This document shows, one piece after another, positions 40,653 through 51,366 of a stretch of 64,000 bases of DNA; within the stretch, counting starts at the first letter, position 1, and each line of letters begins with the position of its first letter. Both the position numbers and the translations under genes were made by a program. The notes under the pieces are model-generated. The model was not told the DNA's origin, did not search any database, and saw nothing but the letters and a program-made list of their open reading frames with translations. The DNA comes from Chara braunii (Eukaryota; Plantae; Charophyceae). Location of the stretch: the NCBI GenBank assembly GCA_003427395.1, contig BFEA01000018.1, positions 3,177,461 to 3,241,460 of the forward strand. The letters run 5' to 3'.

Positions 40653-41646
40653 TGCAATGAAAATGAGCAAGAGCGATAGACAGAAAACCAAATTCAACAT
40701 CACATTGAAGACCAGATGATGGTGTACCAAGCAGAAAGGAGAATGCACTGAGATACAAGCCAAATAAGAGCAATGCAATGAACTCGAATGTCAATGTCAG
40801 CCTCAACTTGCGACCATCAACATAGTATCCAATGTCGCTCTTTGTGATTGGCACTCAGCGCCCTGCCCACCCCCACTCGGAACCCATACTAGCCTACCCC
40901 TAATGACGATGCAACCAGGAATGACTTCCAGTCGAGGACCATGTACATGAAGAAGTCGACCATGCAGACTTCCGCATACACGTCAGGTACATGGCTCTTC
41001 TCTCTCTCTCTCCGCTACTCCTTGTCCCCCACAGCATGCATCGTCCAGCACCCGAAGACCACCATCACCTCACTGTGCACGGGCAAGTGCAGCCCAGCTA
41101 TGGTTGACTCGCCCACTGCCAATGCAACAATCACCGCCCAGAGCGCCTGTGTGCGCTATCCAGCCAGCTCCCAAGCAGCCTGCCAGCGCTGAACCAGCAG
41201 CGTGGCCGACAAGTAGCCTCAGGCCAGAAAGCCCGGCCAGGGCAGAGCCCTTTCCTTTTTGGCAAGTGCCAACATGCACTGGGGCCCAGTAGCTTCCAGT
41301 GGGGCCAAAGTGTCTGCGCCCAGGCCCAGATTCAGATACCGGCCTGGGACCGGGAGTTAGGCACGCCCAACTGTGCAACATGCCTCTTGTCACTCGCTGC
41401 ATCCTGATTGGTCGAGAGGCTGTGCACCAAGTCGTGGCCTGGAAGAGCCTGGAAGGCTCCAAAGGTCTTGGTCACACGTGCAGGGCCCTTAACCAACTGG
41501 AGCCCAGTAACTGTCTGGCGCCCCCACGGCTTGAAAATATCTTAAACATGAGGCCCTTGGAAAATGTAGGCTAGACTATTCTCTGGGCGGGCAAAGTGAA
41601 GGCATAGTGGTGCCCTATGGTGCTGCCGAGGGCTCAATCCCTCGCA
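40653..41646 (-). mobile_element. Solo LTR of the same family as 5004-6005
   Basis: tgcaatg...ctcgca flanked by a 4-bp TSD tggt (40649-40652, 41647-41650). Confidence 0.85.
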
Positions 41647-42894
41647 TGGTGGCCTCATCGGCATGAATGCCCACTATCCATATGTCTGAGCTGCATCTCT
41701 TTCTTCTCTACCAGCACTCATACACACTCCATTCTTCTCAATGTAACAGTCCCATCCTTCCACTTTATCATTCAGTTGTGATGAGATTCTCGGTTCTCGT
41801 GGCTGTGATTACCTTCCGAATGCTCAAGTCGGCGAGAGAGGTGAAACCACTTGCTTGAACACATTAATTCATTGCTTAAACCACGACTACTCTGGCAGCC
41901 TTGTTTTTTTCTTCTTTTTTTTTTCTTTTTTTCTTGAAGAACCAGTCCCACCGCTAGGAGAGGTGATAGGATTTTTTTTTTGTATTATTATTATTATTAT
42001 TTTAACTTCGTATACGGGAAAAACCTACTTAACGAGGTGATAAGAGCAGCCCCGATAAGTAGGCCCCAGTGTCAAAGGCTCCATCTATTACTGGGGAGCT
42101 GCACCTGCTGGAAGTCGGGTCCAACGTCCCTGTACAGTGATGTGATGTGTATCAGCTGGAAATCGGGTCCAGCGTCCCTATACAGTGATGTGTGGATATG
42201 TCCTATTGTGCATCCAATACTCTCTGTATATTTTTGTCAATCAATATATGTCTCATGTAGGGAGAGCCGTATCCACCTTATCTACCGTATCTCCATAACG
42301 AGCAGAGGCATTGAGCCCAATCCTAACGATCAAGCCAAGACATGAAACCCTAATCAATGATGTGATGTGTGTGAGCTGGAAATCGGGTCCAGCATCCCTA
42401 TAGAATGATGTGTGGAGATAGTGCACATTCAATCCAGTCTGTATGTGTTGGTACCTCAATTTGTATCTCCTAAAAGAGTAGAGGCATTTATTACTTCCCT
42501 GCGCAAGGGAAGGATTGACTTCCTGCCCATGAAGTATTATCGTAACGAAAAGCATCTTTATCGATCCCCCAACAAGGACGGCAAACCAAAACTCAAAACC
42601 CTAAACAACCTTAGACAACCTACCTCCCCCCCCTTCGGGGCAATCAGCAACCCATCATGATTGGCAGTTGAGGATCGGTCAACTCCAATCAATAAGGGGG
42701 AGATCATCTCGCTAACCCACGCCTTTCTGATACCAAAGGAGAAACAGCGAGGCAGCTACGAGACCATCCAACCAAGAAAGAGGGGGGAATAGAATTCTCC
42801 CAAGGGGGGTTAGAGAGCTCCCACTCAGCTTCAAACCATGACCTCCCTCCCACCAAGAGCCCATCTATACCTCAGCCAGCTGTCGTAAGATAGG

Positions 42895-43185
42895 TATGGG
42901 TGTCGTCGTCGTTCTCATCGCTGTTGTTGTTGATGTTGATGTTGTTGTTGTCATCACTGTTGTCGCTGTTGTTGGTGTTGTTGTTGTTGATCTTGTTGCC
43001 ACTGTTGTCGCCACCACTGCCACTGTCGTTGTCATCGTTGATGATGTTGATGATGACGTTTCCGTCGTTTTTGTCGTTGTTGTTGTCACTGTTGTAGTTA
43101 ATGTGGTGTTGTTGTTGTTGTTGTTGATGTTGTTGCCATTGTTGTCCCTGTTGTCGCGATCACTGCCATCGTCGTTGTCCTTGTA
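42895..43185. repeat. Degenerate (GTT/GTC)n microsatellite
   Basis: Directly visible. Confidence 0.9.
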
Positions 43186-43899
43186 GGTGAAGTGCTATCA
43201 TCGTCCAATCGTCGATGCCCATCACTTCTGCCAATTGTCGCGAAGTTGCAGTCAAACAACTCCCCATCTCCCACTGTGTCATCAAGATGACCTAGAGGCA
43301 GTCCCCCATCTACCCCTATATCATCCATCTCCAATCGAACCTCCATCCGGTAGCGCAGGTCGCGTCCCTTCCGAAATAGAGCTTGGCAGACTCCCATCCG
43401 TGCCTCCACCCGTGTCCAATCAATATGGGCATCAAACCGGGGATTCAGGCCCTCCTCCAGCTCCCACAAGACATCCAACATTTCATGAGTGTGGGCATCC
43501 AACCACTCAACCGGTGTGGTTGCCCCCCCATCAACCACCAACCCTTTCTGCATCTGAGTCGACAAAANCCCCACTACCGCCTATAGCCGCAGACATCCCA
43601 TCTCCATGGTAGACAGCCAATCATTGGCCCCCGCTGAAGCTCCGCCAACGTCTCCATGACTTACGTAAAAGTTGCACCGCTATTCCATTTAAGAGTCCAA
43701 TCACACACTCGGGCAGCGCTACCCCTGCCCACGCGTCATGGCGCACTCACAGCGCCAATCAATAGGTGCCACGTGGCTATCAATTAGCCAAGCACCCCTA
43801 TGAGGCACATACACAGGCCGAGCATCCCGGGAGGACCATCTCCCAGGTGCTAGTCACGTCGGGGCGACCGGACCTTGTCGGTCGGCCGACTGCTGGGCA

Positions 43900-45133
43900 C
43901 TAGCACTAGCGCAGTCTCCATAGTCGTCTGAACCTTCCTGCACCGGTACTAGGAGCACCCCCCCCTAGCGGGCTTGCTGGATGCTCCGGTCTATTGGTGG
44001 GGAGCCACACCTGTTGGAAACCAGGTCCATTGTCCCATTTTACATCAAAGGTCTGAGCATACCGTGTCAAGTGTCAACCTTCAAGCATTGATTGCCCTGG
44101 TTACCAGGGGATCGACTGAGTAGGTGGTAAGTCTGTGAGAGAGGGGTTGGGGAGAAAGGAGGCCTCTTCACCCTGCTGCAGGGTGCCTGACTACGCCTGA
44201 CCACCTAGCCCCCTTCCTCCCTTTAGAAGCAGCACTTGGAAAAATGAAGTCTGGGGATTCTAAGATACTGAAGAGCAATCAGTGAGCACCTCCTGGGGTG
44301 CACCGGGGGAGCTTATCACAGTGTCTTGCTATGTTGTCAAGTAATAACTTCCACCAGGGCGAGGGGGTCGGGGGGAAATGGACCGGGAAATCAGACGGGG
44401 GCCTCATCGGGAAAGACGGGTCAATGTCAGTTCAATCATCGTATACAAGTCCTTAGTCTTTCAGGAGTCCCTGTCCTGACATAGTAGCCTGGTCCACTGT
44501 CCATTCGACTCGAACAATCCACCCCCCGGTTGCCCACCCAACCAATCCGTACAAAATGTAGAAATCGCCCTCTTAATATCCCGTGCCGTCTAAAAGATGT
44601 CCAACCGAGGCTTGAGGTCACTCCATCTACGCATCAGTTCCAATTGTACGAGTTCCTTTATTTGCCTAGTCAGTTCGGGTCCCTTTATTTTTACCCCCTC
44701 CAGGACTAGGAGACAACGCTGCCACCAGAGTGCCACAGAACAGACCGTCTACCAAGATTGTACAGATTATCGGCGTAGGAGGGTACACTCGCCATTGTTG
44801 GGCAGTGCCCCACCAGTATGGCCTGCCAGGACCATGGTCAGAGGGTGTCTGGCACCGTTTTTCGCCCTATGCGATCCCACCAACGCTACATCTACACTGC
44901 AACCGGGCACTGCATAAAGATGTGTTCCGTTTTTGCATGCGGAAAGCAGTTAGGCACCTGTTGCACCACGGGAGCGCTTTCCTTTTTGGTTCCAGGTTGG
45001 TGTGATCAATCAGCCAGGCGTTGGTCGGGAGGTAGCGATGGGGGATCTGTCATTGCAAGGACATGACTTTTGTCGGGCTGGCTTTGCTTCCATTGAACCA
45101 CTCGATGTGTTTGAGGAGGGACCGCTGTTGGTG
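43900..45133 (-). mobile_element. L1-clade LINE C, 3' part (zf-RVT plus 3' UTR motif)
   Basis: Minus strand SLQ*QI..RYLPTNAWL...WCNRC...EHIFMQCP; 3' motif at 43983-44036. Confidence 0.8.
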
Positions 45134-46257
45134 TGAATACCCTGACAAGGGTATCCGCCCTAGTTTTTGCAAATAACCGGAAGTAAGAGTAAAGGTCTAA
45201 AGTGTGCCGCGCGAGACGCGCCTAAGTGTGTTGGTTGCGTAGGTAGGGTGCTTGATTAGAGTAGGGGGTGTGTGGGCGCGCAATTTTGCGGCGCGCGTGA
45301 TGGGTACTTTTCTCTTGATGTTATAGAGCCGGTGTGTCCGCCGGCAACATTTTGGGCTTTGGTTAAAAGCTAGGAAGAATTATCCTTTAGTGGATTGCCC
45401 ATGGCGCACCCGCGTTCATACAGCATGCGACGCCGGGGTGGAATTGTTAGGTAGAGGCACACTTGTGTTGCACGTGCGACGGCAGAAAAAGGGGGAGATT
45501 TACCCCTTCGTACGGCAAAGGGCCGGTGCGTAGGAACCATAGGCGCGAGCGGTGGCCCTGCGCGGCATCATGGGGGCTATAAGCGTGACAGGCCGAGCCA
45601 AACCCGGCCCCTACCCGCATGTGCGTGCGTACACGGCCGTGGGGTTGTTGGGAAGCCAAGCAGCAAACATAACACGGCTGCTGCAGGCCCTGGTTGGCCA
45701 CGGTTACTATTCACCTACGAGGCCGCGCATAGCTAGTCTGAGTTGGGGCTTAGCTCTATAGGTACGCCACTGACCTCTCACCAGGCGGATCCCGGGATCG
45801 AGGCCAGCAGCGAGCAGCCGAGCAGCGGAGGAGCGCTACAGAGTGAACTGAGGGGTTGAGGGTCCTGTGGGACTATCCCCTTTAGTTTTTGCGGGGCGTT
45901 CCGACCGCGGGCCCGTGAGGTAGGACCAAGTACCAGTGGTCCCCCTCCCCTATCCCGTTTTTATATATATGTATAGTTTTTTTTAATACTATTATTCCTA
46001 TTTCCATTTTTTCTTATTTTTTTTCCTCTTTTTTTTTTTTTTTTTTCATGTTTTGAACGCGGTCCGGTAGTGGTGCCAGGTCCGGCGACGAACCAGGATC
46101 CTAGTTCAGTGGATACACCACTGAACTGTTGAAGGTGTGGGCCCGAACCCGGTCAGTAGAGGGGGCACGAGTCATAGAAACACCGATACTGGAGTTGCCT
46201 TGGTCACCTGAGACGGGCCAGCTCGGAACTGATGTCTCCGGCTGCTGCCCGGGCGCA

Positions 46258-46343
46258 GTTCTTCGGGACATCCGTTAAAATTGGAATGATACAGAGCAGA
46301 TTAGCACGACCCCTACACAAGGCTGAGTGGCATAAGTAGAGAG
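46258..46343 (+). pseudogene. U6: U6 snRNA-derived segment (3'-truncated, decayed)
   Basis: gttcttcgggacatccgttaaaattggaatgatacagagcagattagcacgacccctacacaagg matches the plant U6 sequence as I recall it (about 7 mismatches in a 55-nt core). ACAGAGA box reads ACAGAGC; no upstream TATA/USE; no T-run terminator. Confidence 0.85.
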
Positions 46344-47261
46344 GGCGAGCTCGCTCTTCGGAGGTGCCCTCTGAGAGGATGAGGCAGCGCACGTTAGTGG
46401 GAGAGTGGTAGTATAGGAGGAGAGGTGAGGGAGAGTTAGAGGAGGAAGAGAGAGCGCAGGAGAGCTCTGCACGACGAGAGCAGGGACTACAGTGACATAA
46501 GGATGTACCTGGACGGGTTTTCGCGCCAGGTGCACTCAGAGGAGGAGGAAGAAAACAAACAGCGAAGCAAGGAGGTAGGGCGGAGTGAAAGACCACTGCG
46601 TGCTTACTTCTTGGTGAAAGTTCGCAGGGGGAGGTGCTGGCCTGGGGTTTTGAGGTTGGGCGAACCAAGCGGTGATGCTGGATTGAGGAGAGAGTCAGTG
46701 GAAAGGGAGGAAGACAGGAAGAATGGTGAGTGGAGGTGACGGGGTGTTGGATATGGCCGATGGGGAAAAGGCAGATCTCGCCAGTTTCTCAACGAAAACG
46801 GGCAAGTGAAGACTCGAAGCAGGGGTTTTGAGGTGCTACGGATCCATTGGACACATCATATCTTTGGATCGAGCAACAGATAAGTCAGCACGCGCAGAAA
46901 GGGCTGCGGGGGCACCATAGGAGAATTCGAAGTGTGAGGGTGTATTTTCCCCTGTTCCAATCGAGGATTCACACCGAATTTTTGTGGGCAGCAGAGCAAG
47001 GCCTGGAGCGGAGTATCTCGTTGGTCAGCACGGCGAAGGACCAAGTTCAATTTGCCCGCGGTGACGAGCAGGCATAAGCACATATACAACTAAGAGAGAG
47101 AGTAGGGTACTTGGCGGGAATGAAACATCCGACAGTCGAGCACCTTGCCCGGTTCTAGTAGAAGGTTCAGTTTCACTTTGCCCAGGTTCAGGCGCAGAAG
47201 CAACATCTGCACTCTTCCGGGCTCCAACGGGAGATTCACTCCTACCTTGCTTATCCTATCG

Positions 47262-47310
<49 letters not shown>

Positions 47311-47962
47311 AGAATGAGAATCCGCTGATATGAGTTGGGGAGGTGCGACGAAGAAACAGGCTGTGGGAAGGACATTTTGGAGGCTGATGACCCCACTCGG
47401 TGGCTCACTTGGTTAGTAGTATGGATGAGGTCCATCACGAGGGAAGAGAGGTAGAAGGGGGAGGAAATAATAAATAATAAGTAATAAATAATAAATAATA
47501 ATGACGATAATAATGATGATGAGATGAGATGTATCTTCCCGTGCTTAGGGGAAGATTCCCTCTTGTTTCAAAGGGCAGGGCGTTGCGACCAGGCTCTTTG
47601 TTCCGACGGCCATGATAATTACGTCGTTGACGTGCTACGCCTCGACGTCACCTGGTTGCTCATGAATTGCTTTTCTTTTCTCTTTTTTTTGTTTTTTTTT
47701 GTTTTCTCTTTCTTCTCTCCTTTATGAAGCTGGTGGTGTTTGCGGCCAAGTGCGTTCGCACAAGGGCCATGAGCTGCAGGCGGGATTCAGCGAGCGGGGT
47801 GTGAGGGACATTGAAGAGAGAGCGGAGCCACCTTGTGTAGACACAGGGAGGTCTAACGGCTGAAGAGCTTTTTTGATTAGGTGGACGGGTGGGATATGAT
47901 CATGGGCTAGGGAGTCGTGCTACTCGCTGTCACCCACAAGTAATTGTTGTTTTTATTATTAT

Positions 47963-47996
<34 letters not shown>

Positions 47997-49917
47997 TATT
48001 CTTTTGCAGTATAGCCATAATTTCAGCCCAGGCAGGAACAGGGCATTCGAAGGAGCTGAGGCTGTGGCGCTCGAGGGTCTGTGTGACTCCGCACAGTATT
48101 GCAGTAGCTGGTCCCAAACCACTGCAACTACTGATCCCCCCTGGTACTAGTGCTACTGAAGGTTCCGGTGTCGCTGAGGCTGGACGTGGGGGGGCAGTTG
48201 CTAGATACTCAGAAAGAGGGGGCTACTATTATAGTTAGGATGCTATTGCTTAGTGGGGCCTAGCTGGGTAGCCAGTGATCAATTACAGGTAAGGCTAGTG
48301 GGGATTCGCTGTTATGGATTCCAAATCGCTGTCCTACCAGTGCTGGTGTGTCACCGCGAGCAGCCACCTTACTCAGTTTATGGTTGTTGCAAATGGGAGG
48401 CTGTGGTAACTACTACTGGGGACCCCGAACAACCTGTCACTGAACTTGGAGTTGCTGCAGGCCTCAAGCTACCGCTGTCGACCTACTATAGAATTCAGTT
48501 GCTGCTGCTAGTCTTCAAGGCTGTTGTCACTGTGCGGAGGCGACTGTTGCAGTCGACTTTCGGTATACTGTTGGGTGAGATGGTCGTTACTACCTGGGGG
48601 CCATGAGGCTTTGTTGGGTGCTGCAGCAAGCCTATGGAGGACCGTTACAGCAGCTACCATTCCTGTTAAGCCCAAGTGGCCACATCATACAGGCTGCGGG
48701 TGGGTATGCCTTCGCTGAACTGTGGCAGTGCAGCCCTACTATGCAGTCCATACCTCGTTGAGTTTCATAGTAGGACGTTGCTGTGCACTGCGCTGACCTT
48801 TAGCTATGCGCGGCTGAGGGGAACAACTGTTGTACCATGGACGCTGCGTCCTTGTTGTACCACTGTGTATGGCGTAGGGCATCACTGAGTCCTTACCATA
48901 CGAGGCTGTGGCGGATCACATTCACTACTACGGACGCGAATACCGTACATGATGACCACGCGGGTGGTTGAACTGTTGCTGCTGCCCATCGGTACTTACG
49001 CACGCATTTTCGGCAGATTTTGGAGTTGACTGCGCAGTTCGGCATCACGGGCTGGCGGCTTCGACTGTGCTTTTTGGGATGAGCTCGGCAGTCTAAGTTG
49101 GGCGCTGTTACCGTACTGGGCACTGCTTTAGGAACTGCTAATGAAAACAACATTGTTCCCATTGTAGGCTGCTCCTATGCGCACCGTATGCTGCTGCTAC
49201 AGCAACTGTGTCGTCACTGTACCTTTCGGAGGCTGCAGTTGCAGGCTGTATACTGGGGGAGCTCTTATTGGGCTGCTGCGGCGGTGTGCCAAAGTTGTCC
49301 CTTTTTACAGCGGGGCTGCTATTGCTGCGACTTGGAGGACTGTCATAGGACCATCACTCTGCGCCTTGGTTTCAGTCTGGCCGTATTGCTGCGAGTTTTT
49401 GGCCACCATTGCGGGGCCCTCAGGCGAACCAAGATAGCAAGGCCCTCTCCCATGAGTCTGAGTGCACCCTTCTTGGATCTGAGAGTCTCCACCTTTCTCT
49501 TTCTGCCCTTCTAACTCTAAGTCTAGTCTATTGGTTACGAGGGGAAGGCGGCAGGCGGGATTGCAACACGTAGGACCGCATCAAGGCTCTGTGGGGAGTC
49601 CACCCACCGATTGCGGGAGCTCTGCCGGAACCTAGGCGAGGTTCTGGAGGCAGGGAACCATCAGGTAATCTCTATCTACCTATATACCCCACTACACCCA
49701 GGCTTGCATATCCCCCTATAGTTTGATGGACGTATGCGTGCTTGACCCTATGGTTTTCGTTTTCTATTCAGGACTTATCCAGACAAAGTAAAAGACTGTA
49801 TGTATAAAGCCAGGTTTCGACTTCTTTGTCTGATTGAAAGCAGATTGTGGGATTGCATCTGGGGGAAGGGTGGGAGAAAGGTTGTATTGTATGAGGTTTG
49901 ACTGGGTCAACCAAAGG

Positions 49918-50641
49918 TTGGGCCAGTTCCATAAGTTTGGGAAGGCTCAGTGTTGTGTTTTATTTTGTATTGCCTGGAGAACCAGACATGTTCCATAAGT
50001 TTGGGTGATCTGGTTGCTCTGACTTGTGAGGGTTGAATGTGATTGCTTTTTCAGGCGCCAGTCAAATCCATAAGTTTGGGTAGTCTGGCGGCCTTGTTTA
50101 TTTTGGGGTTTTGACAGTTTCTTTGGTTTCTGAACGAGGAGGTGAACCTGTCCCATAAGTTTGGGTGACTCTACCTCTTCCTGCTTTGGTCTAAGAGAAA
50201 TAAACCAGGCTGAGGACCAAGACATGTTCCATAAGTTTGGGTGGTCTTGGTCCAACGCCTCGCACATGCTGGAACCGGAATGCTATAACCTTGATATACT
50301 TATCTATTATACTATCTATGAGCAAGTTAGTCAGGCAGGGTTCCATACGTTTGGGTGGCCTGACTATAGCTTATCACCAACTGAAGAGAGTACTTCACTG
50401 AGAATAAACTTGTGGTACGAAGGGGCAGCCTGAGTCTTGAGCTGAAGATGATCGGCTCAGCTATATGCTACCTTAAAAGACTAGGTACAGACAGTTATAT
50501 AAACCTTGGATACTGATACAGTTCAGGGCGGCTAGGGTGGCCAGTCATATGCCCAAAGAAGAGAAAAGTTGTCGTGCCCTGTGTTTGTGTATACTTCTTG
50601 GTTGGGCTAGACATGTTCCATAAGTTTGGGTGGTCTAGCCT
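49918..50641 (+). repeat. Array of 7 hairpins with conserved loop core CCATAAGTTTGGG and variable stems
   Basis: Cores start at 49929, 49993, 50068, 50153, 50229, 50343 and 50618; each is closed by a different complementary stem of up to 10 bp. Confidence 0.85.
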
Positions 50642-50924
50642 TATGCCCTAGGTAAGCTGGGTATAAGGGATAAATCATTGAAAGACTACGAACTATTGTT
50701 TGCTAAGGTAACTTGGGATGGGGAGAGAGTGCATGTTTGTGGTTTGGTCTGCATGTGACTGCGTGATGCCACTTCTTAGTCTGAGTTTGGATTTGATAGG
50801 TAGTTGCTGTAGTTGCTCGCCACGTGCTAGAGCCATAGGAGTTAGAGTCATTTCCTGCATTTGCTGGGCTCGTTTGTTTTTACTTGGATCAATTTCTGCA
50901 TTGTCTGGGGTTTTTGATTCGTAC

Positions 50925-51366
50925 TTGAGCTTGTATAAATCTTGGTAAGCCACTTTCTCTACGGGAAGCGCTGCTGAAATTTCTACAAAATCAGGGAGTT
51001 AGCCAAAGTTGGGCCCTGAAGGATCAAAGTCATTTTCAGATTCCAAACTTAGATTTGTATAAATCTTGGACTAACACTTTCTCTACGGGAAGCGCTGCCA
51101 AAATTTCTACAAATCTAAGGAGTTAGTTGAGATTCTATCTTACAGAACTTAGACTTTATGTCTAAGTTCAATTCTGACTTAGTATAGATCTGGGGAGCCT
51201 TCCTCTTTGAAGGAAGTGCTGCCCAAATTTTTGCTAAGTCAGGGAGTTAGACAAATTTTGACGTTCTGGAACCCAAAGGTTTGACTTTTGGGCTAGTATA
51301 TTTTCTACGATGTCACTCTTCCTACGGGAAGCGCTGTCGAAATTTTCCTAATTTGGAGGAGTTAGA
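50925..51366 (+). repeat. 4 x ~120-bp tandem units, each a ~70-nt hairpin followed by GGAGTTAG
   Basis: Core cttyc..TACG.ggaagcgctg (loops at 50960, 51084 and 51323; variant at ~51205). Confidence 0.8.

Noticed and set aside
42725-42735. tRNA-iMet PBS-like ttctgatacca
   Set aside because: No adjacent LTR end or gag sequence recognised.
46258-46343. Functional U6 gene
   Set aside because: Altered ACAGAGA box, missing 3' end and terminator, no visible USE/TATA.
49918-50641. CRISPR array
   Set aside because: Eukaryotic TE context, no cas genes, core only 13-20 nt, irregular spacing, and the flanks pair around the repeat. Kept as a structured-RNA array.
50965-50985. Hammerhead ribozyme core in the second array
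   Set aside because: ctgctga occurs in only one copy and there is no correctly arranged CUGAnGA/GAAA core.
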